This document shows positions 9,258-17,993 of a stretch of DNA of 33,165 bases, piece after piece (position 1 is the stretch's first letter; each line of letters starts with the position of its first letter). Both the position numbers and the translations under genes were made by a program. The notes under the pieces are model-generated. The model had not been told where the DNA came from and did not search any database. It saw nothing but the letters and a program-made list of their open reading frames with translations. Source of the DNA: Pseudomonadota bacterium. Lineage in GTDB: Bacteria; Chloroflexota; Ktedonobacteria; Ktedonobacterales; JACDGC01. The stretch is from positions 1 through 33,165 of the forward strand of contig JAJPKG010000445.1 in assembly GCA_021323815.1 (NCBI GenBank). Direction: 5' to 3'.

Positions 9258-10661
9258 GTGAGTAATGTATCACCGCAGGATTTGCGCGCCAAACTGACCT
9301 TTGAGCAGCAGGCGCGTTTCGATGCGCTGTATGAGCGCAACAAAAAGCAGGTAGGAACGGCGCGCGTGCTGTCACTGCCGTTGCTGGGCACCTTTGGGGT
9401 GGATCAATTCTATCTGGGGCATACGGTGCGTGGCGTGCTAAGCCTGCTGTTTTCCTGGACGCTCATTCCCACTGTCGTCGCGCTGTTCGATCTGATCACC
9501 GGCGACATCGATCGCCAGGTGGCCTATGCCAACCAGCGCATCGCCAAAAAAGTCTATGATAACGTGATCGCGCAGACGGTGAAAGAGCAGGTGCCAGCTG
9601 CCGCCGCGCCGGTAGTGAACCCGCCCACGCCCGCGCCGGCCCCCACCCCGGAAGTGCCGGTGGCGTCGCCGGAACCGGAAACAACGGTGGTGATAGCCGA
9701 AGCCGCGGCACCAGCAGCCCAGGTGGCGGAATCTTCCCCGGCAGCCGAAACCGTGATCGCCGCGGATTCCATCCCTGATCCCGCGCCGCCAGCGCCCCAG
9801 GTGACAGAATCTGCTGAAGAGGCTGATGAGACAGTCACCACCACCGGCACCTTCACGCGCACCGACACCACCGCCACATGGCAAGCGGGCATGAGCGAGC
9901 CGGCGGTCACCACAGACACGCAAACTGTGACGGTGGGCGAAACAGATGCCGCCGCCGTCGCCGATGCCGTTATCCAAACCACTCCCGCCGCAGAAGAACC
10001 GGCTGCGGTAGCAGCGGATGAGCCGGCAGCCGTCGTGGTGGAAACGCCTGTTGCCCCTGAGCCGTCCACCGCAGATTTCGCCCCTGGTGAAGGCGTGCTG
10101 GTCTTCTTAGATGACACGCCCGCCGCCGAACCCCCTGCCACCACCCCGGTCGATGTCGTTGAGGTGGATCAGGCGCAGCAGTCCGGTGAGGCTGAAACCA
10201 TCAGCGAGATGACATCCGTCGCGTCGCAGCATTATCACGATGGCAAGCTGGTCAGCGCGGCGCGCGCCACCACAACCATAACCGGTGAGATCACCAGCGT
10301 GGTGAGCGATCACTCGTCGCTGCTGGAAGAGGTAGAGCAGCGTGCCGCCACGCCCAGTGCCAGCGACTGGGTGGATGTCTCTCCGCTCAGTTCCGATACC
10401 TCAACCGGCTCAGCGCAGGCGGCAAACACACCCGCGGATTCCGCACAAACAGCGAATGCTCCCGCCGCTCAGCCCAACAGCGACACCAACTTGCCCGGCG
10501 GTGGCCTCGCCACCGGCGGCGATAACCCCGGCGGTGGCCTCGCCACCGGTGGCGGCGATAACCCCGGCGGCGATCTCGGCAACAGCGGCGGCACGTCCGG
10601 CAGCGGAGATACTAATCCGCCTGAGCCGCGGCGCGGCCCGAATCAGCCCATTCCAGAATAA
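9258..10661 (+). CDS. TM2-domain membrane protein with a long acidic Pro/Ala/Thr/Glu-rich tail
   Basis: TM2-domain signature LLGTFGVDQFYLGHTVRGVLSLLFSWTLIPTVVALFDLI. I place the start at GTG 9258, 9 nt after GAGGAGG (9242-9248). The track ORF from 9153 has no RBS. The last ~370 aa are low complexity. Confidence 0.8.
   Translation: MSNVSPQDLRAKLTFEQQARFDALYERNKKQVGTARVLSLPLLGTFGVDQFYLGHTVRGVLSLLFSWTLIPTVVALFDLITGDIDRQVAYANQRIAKKVYDNVIAQTVKEQVPAAAAPVVNPPTPAPAPTPEVPVASPEPETTVVIAEAAAPAAQVAESSPAAETVIAADSIPDPAPPAPQVTESAEEADETVTTTGTFTRTDTTATWQAGMSEPAVTTDTQTVTVGETDAAAVADAVIQTTPAAEEPAAVAADEPAAVVVETPVAPEPSTADFAPGEGVLVFLDDTPAAEPPATTPVDVVEVDQAQQSGEAETISEMTSVASQHYHDGKLVSAARATTTITGEITSVVSDHSSLLEEVEQRAATPSASDWVDVSPLSSDTSTGSAQAANTPADSAQTANAPAAQPNSDTNLPGGGLATGGDNPGGGLATGGGDNPGGDLGNSGGTSGSGDTNPPEPRRGPNQPIPE
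10494..10580 (+). repeat. In-frame tandem repeat (about 33-36 nt units, 2.5 copies) encoding GGGLATGG(G)DNP
   Basis: CCCGGCGGTGGCCTCGCCACCGG(Y)GGCGATAAC is repeated head to tail inside the TM2-protein tail. Confidence 0.8.
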
Positions 10662-10683
10662 GAAAGTACGCCTGCTGCATATG

Positions 10684-10737
10684 CCGGGCGGCAAGCGAGG
10701 GAAAGTGATCCTTCTCGCTCGCCGCCCGGTGTTTGTC
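10684..10737 (+). terminator. Long hairpin terminator after the TM2-domain gene
   Basis: CCGGGCGGCAAGCGAG ... CTCGCTCGCCGCCCGG (16-bp stem, one mismatch), followed by TGTTTGT. Confidence 0.6.
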
Positions 10738-10869
10738 TGGTACCTCTGGGGGATGCCGCTTCGCGAGGCTTGACGATCCCTCGTCACCTGCGTATCATAG
10801 AGACGCAAGAACATGGGCGCTGGCGCACTGCGCCAGCGTTGTTTGTTGGGGGAGAGCGACGGAGCGGCT

Positions 10870-11682
10870 ATGCCTTACGACGATGATGTTCGGCGTCCTG
10901 ATAGGTCGCGGGCCGACCATTCCTGGACGGATACGTCATATTCGCGCGACCCTCGCCACGCTGAGGATGTTGCCGACCTGCCAACGGAGCGTGGTCCCGC
11001 CAGTCGTCCCATGAAGCGCGACCGCGAGCGGCGCGAGCTGACTCCCCTGGCCTACAACAACGCTGGTAAGCTGGCACCCGCCGGCCAGCGCAAACCAGCA
11101 GGTCCCGGCGCGCCGATGATCATTACCGGCGACGGCAAGATCTCGCCGGTGCGCCCTTCGTTGCATCGTCCCCAGCCACGCTCGCGCGCGATGCGCGTCA
11201 CATTTCTCTCATTCGCCTCATGCGTATTGCTGGCGCTGCTGTTCGCTTCCACGCCCATCACCGCCGGCGCGTCGGGCCAGGTGGGCAACTTCATCGCAGG
11301 CGCGCAGGCATGGAAGCTGCCCACTGCAACGCCCACCCCCACGCCCACCCTTGATCCTTCCACTGTTGGTGGCCCCGGCACGGGCTATAATCCTGGTGCC
11401 GCCACCATCATCAACGAGATCAAAGCGACTTTCGGCAGCTATAGCGCAGGGGCGCTGGCGGTGGCGAAATGTGAATCAGGCTACGACCCCAATGCCTGGA
11501 ATCCCGTCTCGATCATGGGCAGCCACGCCGAGGGCGTCTTCCAGATCCTCTTTCCCGCCACATGGGATAACACCAGCTACGCCGGCTACAGCCCCTATAA
11601 TGCTTGGGCCAACATCCACGCCGCCTATCAGATCTTCTCGCGCGACGGCTATTCCTGGCGCGAGTGGCAATGCCAGCCCTGA
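10870..11682 (+). CDS. Membrane-anchored or secreted lytic transglycosylase (SLT/GH23 domain)
   Basis: C-terminal domain matches SLT signatures: AKCESGYDPNAWNP (catalytic E-S), GVFQI, ATW, ANIHAAYQIF. Hydrophobic anchor or signal MRVTFLSFASCVLLALLFA, then a PTATPTPTPT linker. ATG 10870 follows GGAG. An alternative start is ATG 11191, directly at the signal peptide. Confidence 0.8.
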   Translation: MPYDDDVRRPDRSRADHSWTDTSYSRDPRHAEDVADLPTERGPASRPMKRDRERRELTPLAYNNAGKLAPAGQRKPAGPGAPMIITGDGKISPVRPSLHRPQPRSRAMRVTFLSFASCVLLALLFASTPITAGASGQVGNFIAGAQAWKLPTATPTPTPTLDPSTVGGPGTGYNPGAATIINEIKATFGSYSAGALAVAKCESGYDPNAWNPVSIMGSHAEGVFQILFPATWDNTSYAGYSPYNAWANIHAAYQIFSRDGYSWREWQCQP

Positions 11683-11860
11683 GGCTGCCGGAACACGCTC
11701 TTTTCCCTCCCGCCGTCTCCACTGCCGACGACCATCGCCGCATAGCTGGTAATCCTTCACATCGTGATCGTCAGCGTGCGCATTTCTTGAAGCGTCAACC
11801 TCTTTTGTGACATCATACAAGGGGGTAAGACAGTTATTTTCTGAGAAATGAGCATGGGAT

Positions 11861-14305
11861 ATGGTGGCGAATCCGGCAATTTATTGCATGACACCTCGCA
11901 AAACAGAGGCAGCGGGAGCGCTCGTAACGCGGCACGCCATCCTCGGCTTTGCGCTGCATGCGCTGAGTGGCGGCAACTCGCGCGAGCGCCTAGCCGGGCA
12001 GACGATGTTGCTGACGCGTCTGCAAGCGGCAACGGAACATCTGCCGGGAGCGAGCCGCGCGCTGGAATTGCGCTACATCGTTCAGCCGGGAACCGCCGAC
12101 AACGACTGGCACGAACAGGTGACGTGCGCCTTGCTGGCGCGCCTGAGCGCGTGGGACATGGCCCGCGCCCAATTGCGCAAACAGGCGGCACAGTTCAGCC
12201 AGGAGATGGCGCATCTGCTTTCCAGCACCTTGCCGGGTTATCGCTTCGCGCCCTTTACCCGCCTCGAAGAGCTTCACGCCGCGCTGGAACCGTTTCGCGT
12301 GGCTGACACCGGTGAGGTGCGCCAGCGCGTGCCGGCGGGGGATTCCGCCTTGCCGCTGCCCCTGCTGGGCGTGCCCGACGCCGACATGATCATCGAGATG
12401 ATGTTGCGCCAACCCATGCCCACGCTGTTGAGCATCGCCCTGGAACCCGCCGCACTGCCGGAATATATCCCGCTATCCCATCTTCCGGATGCGGACGGTC
12501 CCGCACCGGATATCGGCGTCGGCGCGATTCGCAAACATGAAGGTGCCAGCGAACTGCCCTCTTCAGTGGAGGCGCTGACCCGCGCGCAGGATGTCGCCGT
12601 GCAGCGCTGGCAGGTGCAGCACGTGCGGGCATTGCGCCAGCGCGCCTTTCGCCTGCGCGTGCAACTGGCCGGTGCCGGCCCCCTGAGCGACGCGCTGGTG
12701 GCAACGGCGCTGGGCGAGATCGGCGGGCCGGGTCGCCTGACAGCGGAGACCACGTGGCAAGAGCCATCATTGCCGCTGGCGGGCGGCGGCGTGTGGGTGC
12801 GCCCGCGCAGCATCATCCCACGCGGACGCAAGCAGAACGAGGGCAGCGTGGCGCTGGCGAATCTGCGCACCATCGGCTTCGCGCCCTGGGGCGACGCGCC
12901 GCCCCTCGCTGGGCTGGCGGATCTCGGCGAGGCAGCGCGCCTTTTCGCTCTGCCGCCCGAAGCACCCTGGCTCACCGCGCCAAGCGCCGCCCAAAAGCTC
13001 GCTTTCACTGCCAAAGTGGCAGATGGTTTGCGCCTGGGGGTGAACCGCGTGCGCGACGACGAGCGCCCCATTCACCTGCCGCTAACCAGCCGCAATCTGC
13101 ACCTGTGGATCGTCGGCCAGACCGGCACCGGCAAATCTACCCTGCTGGAATCGCTGATCTTGCAAGATATCCATGCCGGGCGTGGAGTCATCTGCATCGA
13201 GCCGCACGGCGACCTCATCGCGCAGATCCTCGGCAAGATCCCGCTGCGCCGCAAGCAGGATGTCATCATCTTCGACCCAGCCGATAGCGAGCACATCGTC
13301 GGCATCAATCCGCTCATCGCCGAAAATGAGGCGCAAAAAGCGCTGGTGGTGAGCGCGTTTCTGGCCCTGCTGCGCAAGATCTATGATCCCTATAACCAGG
13401 GCATCACCGGCCCACGCTTCGAGCACGCCGCGCGCAATGGCCTGCTGACGGTGATGAGCATGCCCGAAGGCGGCACGCTGATCGACTTCATGCGCGCCTT
13501 CACCGACGACCGCTTTCGCAACCGCATCTTGCCACACGTCACCGATCCACTGGTGCGCCGCTATTGGCTGGATCAGATCGCGCATACAGCGGACTTTCAC
13601 CGCAGCGAGGTGCTGGACTGGGTGGTGTCGAAATTTGGCCGCTTCGTCACCGATCCGACCATCCGGCGCATCGTGGGGCAGAGCCGCAGCAGCTTTTCTT
13701 TCCGCGAGGCGATGGACAGCAGCAAGATCGTCCTGCTGAGCCTGGCGAAAGGACTGGTGGGCAGTGACAATGCCAACTTCCTGGGTCTGGTGCTGCTGCC
13801 GATGATCCTGCATGCCGCGCTCTCGCGCGCCGACACGCCGGGCAGCGAGCGGCGCGACGTGGCACTCTATATCGACGAGTTCCAGAACTACGCCACCGAC
13901 AGCCTGGCGCTGATGCTGGCCGAGGCGCGCAAATATCGTCTGGCGCTGACGCTGGCGAACCAGCACATCGGCCAGTTGACGCAGGAGATTCGCGATGCCG
14001 TCATCGGCAACGTGGGATCCATCCTCTCGTTCCGCCTGGGCGTGGCCGATGCCGCGCTGATGGAGCACATTCTGGCACCCGCGCCGGTGAGCGCCGCGCA
14101 CTTCGTCAGCCTGCCCAACTTCACAGCATATGGCCGCCTGATGGTGGAACGCCAGCGCACGCCCGTTTTCACCGTCGAAACCGAGACGGTCCCCCATCGT
14201 TTCGACGCCGCCCGCGCCGCCGATCTGCGTGCCCTCTCGCGCAAGAAATATGGCCGGCCACGCGATGTGGTGGATGACGAGATCAACAATCGCTCGCAGT
14301 TGTGA
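11861..14305 (+). CDS. Soluble P-loop NTPase of the VirD4/TraD (TrwB) - HerA/VirB4 type with an uncharacterised N-terminal half
   Basis: Walker A LWIVGQTGTGKSTLL, Walker B ALYIDEFQNY, and AEARKYRLALTLANQHIGQL (the GRK..Q motif shared by TrwB/TraD, HerA and VirB4-like ATPases). No N-terminal TM helices. The first ~400 aa match nothing I recognise. The start codon is uncertain (ATG 11861, 11888 or 12005, all with weak RBS). Confidence 0.8.
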   Translation: MVANPAIYCMTPRKTEAAGALVTRHAILGFALHALSGGNSRERLAGQTMLLTRLQAATEHLPGASRALELRYIVQPGTADNDWHEQVTCALLARLSAWDMARAQLRKQAAQFSQEMAHLLSSTLPGYRFAPFTRLEELHAALEPFRVADTGEVRQRVPAGDSALPLPLLGVPDADMIIEMMLRQPMPTLLSIALEPAALPEYIPLSHLPDADGPAPDIGVGAIRKHEGASELPSSVEALTRAQDVAVQRWQVQHVRALRQRAFRLRVQLAGAGPLSDALVATALGEIGGPGRLTAETTWQEPSLPLAGGGVWVRPRSIIPRGRKQNEGSVALANLRTIGFAPWGDAPPLAGLADLGEAARLFALPPEAPWLTAPSAAQKLAFTAKVADGLRLGVNRVRDDERPIHLPLTSRNLHLWIVGQTGTGKSTLLESLILQDIHAGRGVICIEPHGDLIAQILGKIPLRRKQDVIIFDPADSEHIVGINPLIAENEAQKALVVSAFLALLRKIYDPYNQGITGPRFEHAARNGLLTVMSMPEGGTLIDFMRAFTDDRFRNRILPHVTDPLVRRYWLDQIAHTADFHRSEVLDWVVSKFGRFVTDPTIRRIVGQSRSSFSFREAMDSSKIVLLSLAKGLVGSDNANFLGLVLLPMILHAALSRADTPGSERRDVALYIDEFQNYATDSLALMLAEARKYRLALTLANQHIGQLTQEIRDAVIGNVGSILSFRLGVADAALMEHILAPAPVSAAHFVSLPNFTAYGRLMVERQRTPVFTVETETVPHRFDAARAADLRALSRKKYGRPRDVVDDEINNRSQL

Positions 14306-14308
14306 GAG

Positions 14309-15895
14309 CTACCCCCCAATCAAGCTGCGCCCCGTCATATCGTGCGGCGCGGGGATGCCCAGCACCTGCAACGCGGTCGGCGCGATGTCGGCCAGGATTC
14401 CGTTGGCGCGCAGGGTGACGTTGGGCCATTGCGGCACCACGAAATAGAACGGCACGGGATTGGTTGTGTGGGCCGTGAAGGGCTGGCCGGTGTCATAATC
14501 GATCATCTGGTCGGCGTTGCCGTGATCCGCTGTGATGAAGGCCGCGCCGCCCGCTGCCAGCGTCGCATCCACCACGCGCCCCACGCCGGCGTCCACCGTC
14601 TCGACGGCTTTGATGGCGGCTTCGATGACGCCGGTGTGCCCCACCATGTCGGCATTGGCATAATTCATGATCACCACGTCATAATCGCCGGAACGGATGC
14701 GCTCCACCGCGTTATCGGTCAGCGGGATGGCGCTCATCTCCGGTTGCAGATCATAGGTCTTGACTTTGGGCGACGGCACCAGCAAGCGATCCTCGCCGGG
14801 GAAGGGCAGCTCCCGCCCGCCGTTGATGAAATACGTCACGTGGGCATATTTCTCGGTCTCAGCGGTGTGGAACTGGCGCATCCCCTGATCGCTGATGACT
14901 TTGGCCAGAGGCTCTTCCACGTCGTCGCTCTCGAAAGCGACCGCAACGGGCAGGCCCTTCTCATATTCGGTCATCGTGACAAAGGCCAGGTCATCCAGGC
15001 GCGGGCCGCGCTCAAAGACGCCCTCGGCCTGGGGCGGCATCTCCGGCAGCACGAAGGCTTTGGTGAGCTGGCGGGCGCGGTCGGCGCGGAAATTATAATA
15101 GATCACCGCATCGCCGTCCTGCACCAGCCCCACCGGCGCGCCATGCTCATCGCGCAGCACAATCGGTTCGATGAATTCGTCCGTCACTCCGGCGTCATAC
15201 GAAGCGGCGATGGCGGCAACGGGATCGCGCGCCGGCGTGCCCTCGCCCCACGTCATGGCGCGATATACCCGCCCCGTGCGCTCCCAGCGGTTGTCGCGGT
15301 CCATCGCCCACAAGCGCCCCGCGATGGTCGCCACCTGCGCCGGATGGTCCGGATCGATCCCATTGATCGCCATGCGTAAATCTTTCATGAACCCCACGCC
15401 GCTGGTCGGGGCAGTGTCGCGCCCATCCGTGAAAGCATGGACGCGCACGCGCTCGATGCCATGTTTCGCCGCCAGGCGCAGGCATGCTTCCAGGTGGCTC
15501 TGGTGCGCGTGAACGCCGCCGGTGCCGAGCAGCCCGCACAGATGCAGCGTGCTCTGGTTTTGTTTCACGTGCGCCACCGCGCTCAGCAGGGCAGGATTCT
15601 GAAAGAACGAGCCGTCGTCGATGGCAGTGGTGATGCGCGTGAAGTCTTGCACGACCTTTTTGCCCGCGCCGATGTTCAGATGCCCCACCTCAGAGTTACC
15701 CATCTGCCCTTCCGGCAACCCCACCGCGCCACCGGATGCCTGCAACAGCGTGTGCGGCCAGGTGGCGGCAATGCGGTCGATGTTGGGCGTGCGCGCCAGG
15801 GCAATGGCGTTGCCCTCTTTGCGCGGATTGAAGCCCCACCCGTCCATGACGATCAACACGAACGGGCGTGGACGGCTATGCGCGGACGTAGACAT
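14309..15895 (-). CDS. gpmI: 2,3-bisphosphoglycerate-independent phosphoglycerate mutase
   Basis: Full-length match to iPGM motifs: VLIVMDGWG, NSEVGHLNIGAG, LHLCGLLGTGGVHAH, HAFTDGRD, ADHGNAD. RBS AAGGGAG lies upstream. Confidence 0.95.
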   Translation of the reverse strand: MSTSAHSRPRPFVLIVMDGWGFNPRKEGNAIALARTPNIDRIAATWPHTLLQASGGAVGLPEGQMGNSEVGHLNIGAGKKVVQDFTRITTAIDDGSFFQNPALLSAVAHVKQNQSTLHLCGLLGTGGVHAHQSHLEACLRLAAKHGIERVRVHAFTDGRDTAPTSGVGFMKDLRMAINGIDPDHPAQVATIAGRLWAMDRDNRWERTGRVYRAMTWGEGTPARDPVAAIAASYDAGVTDEFIEPIVLRDEHGAPVGLVQDGDAVIYYNFRADRARQLTKAFVLPEMPPQAEGVFERGPRLDDLAFVTMTEYEKGLPVAVAFESDDVEEPLAKVISDQGMRQFHTAETEKYAHVTYFINGGRELPFPGEDRLLVPSPKVKTYDLQPEMSAIPLTDNAVERIRSGDYDVVIMNYANADMVGHTGVIEAAIKAVETVDAGVGRVVDATLAAGGAAFITADHGNADQMIDYDTGQPFTAHTTNPVPFYFVVPQWPNVTLRANGILADIAPTALQVLGIPAPHDMTGRSLIGG

Positions 15896-16025
15896 GCTCT
15901 ATCTGCTCCCTTGCTGGAGAATGAATGTTGGCTGCTCTCCGGCAAGTATACCATGCAGCATGGCTCCATCATCGACATCTGCATGGGGAAGCGAGAGCGC
16001 GTCAAGAGCGAAAGCGTGCGTTGAT

Positions 16026-16826
16026 TTATATCCCCCGTTTGCCGCCCCAGATGATGCGGTGCAGTTGCGGCAGCACGCGCAGGTCATACGCGCGCCACCT
16101 GGCAGCATCAGGGCCGATGGCAACGGCCTCGGTGAGGGCGCGCAATGCGGCGGCATATTCCGCCACGCCGGCATGCTCCATCCCCTCTGGTTGCAAGATG
16201 ATGGGGATGCGCTGCGCGGCGACCTCTGGGAGGGATTGCAGCAGATTCCAGGTCAGGGTGAGATCTTCCGGCGTGGCGATGACGAATTTGAAAAGCAGCC
16301 TCCCATGCAGCGTGCCATTCTCTTTCGCCGCCAGATAGCGCCGCAGAATATCAGGACGCTCGATCATCTTGCTGCTGCCCAGCTTGGGGCTGATCGACCA
16401 TGAATCGATCAATCCTGCCAGCGCGGCACGATAGATCGTCCCATTGGTCTGAATGTCGAGATAGTGTCCGTTGGCTTTCAGCCGCCGCACCAGATCCAGG
16501 AAGAGCGACTGCGGCGCGGTCAGCGGCTCACCGCCCGTCAGGCACACCGCCATATTGCCCTGCTCGGCTGCCCACGCGGCCAGTTCTTCCGGCGAACGCT
16601 CGTAATACGTGTCGCTCCAATGCTGCACGGCATATTTGGTGTCGCACCACGCGCAATAATAATTGCAGCCAAACAAGCGAATAAAGCTGAACGGCTGCCC
16701 GATATCCAATCCCTCGCCCTGAATGGAGACGAATTGCTCGCTGACCCGCAGCAGCTTCGTCCGCTGCGAAGCGTCGTTCACCACAGGAATTGCTATAGAT
16801 TGTTGCCCGGTGCTATCAAACATCAC
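16026..16826 (-). CDS. queE: 7-carboxy-7-deazaguanine synthase (radical SAM)
   Basis: SIQGEG, radical-SAM cluster motif CNYYCAWCDT, LTGGEPL. The start is either GTG 16826 or ATG 16823. Confidence 0.88.
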   Translation of the reverse strand: MMFDSTGQQSIAIPVVNDASQRTKLLRVSEQFVSIQGEGLDIGQPFSFIRLFGCNYYCAWCDTKYAVQHWSDTYYERSPEELAAWAAEQGNMAVCLTGGEPLTAPQSLFLDLVRRLKANGHYLDIQTNGTIYRAALAGLIDSWSISPKLGSSKMIERPDILRRYLAAKENGTLHGRLLFKFVIATPEDLTLTWNLLQSLPEVAAQRIPIILQPEGMEHAGVAEYAAALRALTEAVAIGPDAARWRAYDLRVLPQLHRIIWGGKRGI

Positions 16827-16914
16827 TTACTCGATATTGACCTCACTCCAGCCCACGCAGGCGGACTTCGTGGCCGTCAGGCCCTTAGGCGCGAATGTAT
16901 TCGCCGGCTCCCTC

Positions 16915-17607
16915 TCACTCGGCATAGGCAATGGGATCGGTCGCGCCGGCCTCGGCAAATCCCTTCAGGCGCAGCAGGCAGCTATCGCACGTGCCACAGG
17001 CGACCTCACCGCCCTCATAGCAACTCCACGTCAGCTCATAGGGCACGCCCAGCGCCAGCCCACGCTCGATGATCTGCGCTTTCGTCCAGTTGATCAACGG
17101 CGCGTGGATGTGCAGCGTGCGCCCGTCCTGCGTCCCCGCCTTCGTCGCCAGGTTCGCTGTTTGGGTGAAAGCTTCGATGAACGCCGGTCGGCAATCGGGG
17201 TACCCGGAATAATCAAGCGAGTTTATCCCCAGGAAGATATCATCAGCTTCCACGACCTCGGCGTAAGCGGTGGCGAAGCTGAGAAAGATGAGGTTGCGGC
17301 CAGGAACATAGGTGATGGGGATATCGCGGCCCATATCTGCGAGCGATCGGCCATGCGGCACAGCAATGTCAGCTGTGAGTGCGCTGCCACCGAAAGCGCG
17401 CAGATCAAAGCGCACCACGCGGTGCTCCACGGCTCCCAGCGCCCGCGAGACGGCCTCAGCGGCATGCAACTCGCGGCGGTGGCGCTGCCCATAATCGAAG
17501 GCCAGCGTATACAACACGAAGCCTTCATCCCGCGCAATCGCCGCTGATGTCGAAGAATCCAGTCCGCCCGAAAGCAGCACCACCGCTTTTTTCGCCGCTG
17601 TCGCCAT
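16915..17607 (-). CDS. queC: 7-cyano-7-deazaguanine synthase
   Basis: PP-loop [19 protein letters not shown]-terminal zinc cluster SCY...[18 protein letters not shown] lies upstream. Confidence 0.95.
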   Translation of the reverse strand: MATAAKKAVVLLSGGLDSSTSAAIARDEGFVLYTLAFDYGQRHRRELHAAEAVSRALGAVEHRVVRFDLRAFGGSALTADIAVPHGRSLADMGRDIPITYVPGRNLIFLSFATAYAEVVEADDIFLGINSLDYSGYPDCRPAFIEAFTQTANLATKAGTQDGRTLHIHAPLINWTKAQIIERGLALGVPYELTWSCYEGGEVACGTCDSCLLRLKGFAEAGATDPIAYAE

Positions 17608-17669
17608 TGTTGCACGCTCCCGCGCCGCGCCTCGCTCAGTGTGCCATTTTCACGCGGCCATTCTCTTGC

Positions 17670-17698
17670 ATTGTATGCCGCCGCGAGGCAGATTGCAA
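17670..17698 (-). promoter_or_regulatory. Near-consensus sigma-70 promoter for queC
   Basis: On the minus strand: TTGCAA (17698-17693), 17-nt spacer, TACAAT (17675-17670). This leaves a leader of about 55-60 nt before ATG 17607. Confidence 0.6.
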
Positions 17699-17993
17699 TC
17701 GCAATGGATCAGCGTCGCTCAACCTCGGCGAGGTGATGCCCATCACGCGCTTTCTGCCGTCTCCTCCAATTTGCAGAGGAACTCGCGCACGTGGACGAAT
17801 AATGCGATTTCCCGCAGGATCAACCCAGTAACGCTCGCCCAAGCGTGGCAGATCTTGCGATGCTGATGCGTGCATGTGTGGCCTCCTAAAGAAAGGGGTT
17901 TCACCGGAAGTATGGCACACCTGCGCAGTTGCCCCACCTGCATCACTGGCATATGATAGATCTGAGCGAGATAATCACCAGAAGGATCGAGCG

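Noticed and set aside
17608-17700. preQ1 riboswitch expected upstream of queC.
   Set aside because: The ~55-nt leader lacks the preQ1-I stem-loop plus A-rich ACUA tail and any class II or III hallmark that I can recognise by eye. It needs an Rfam scan for certainty.
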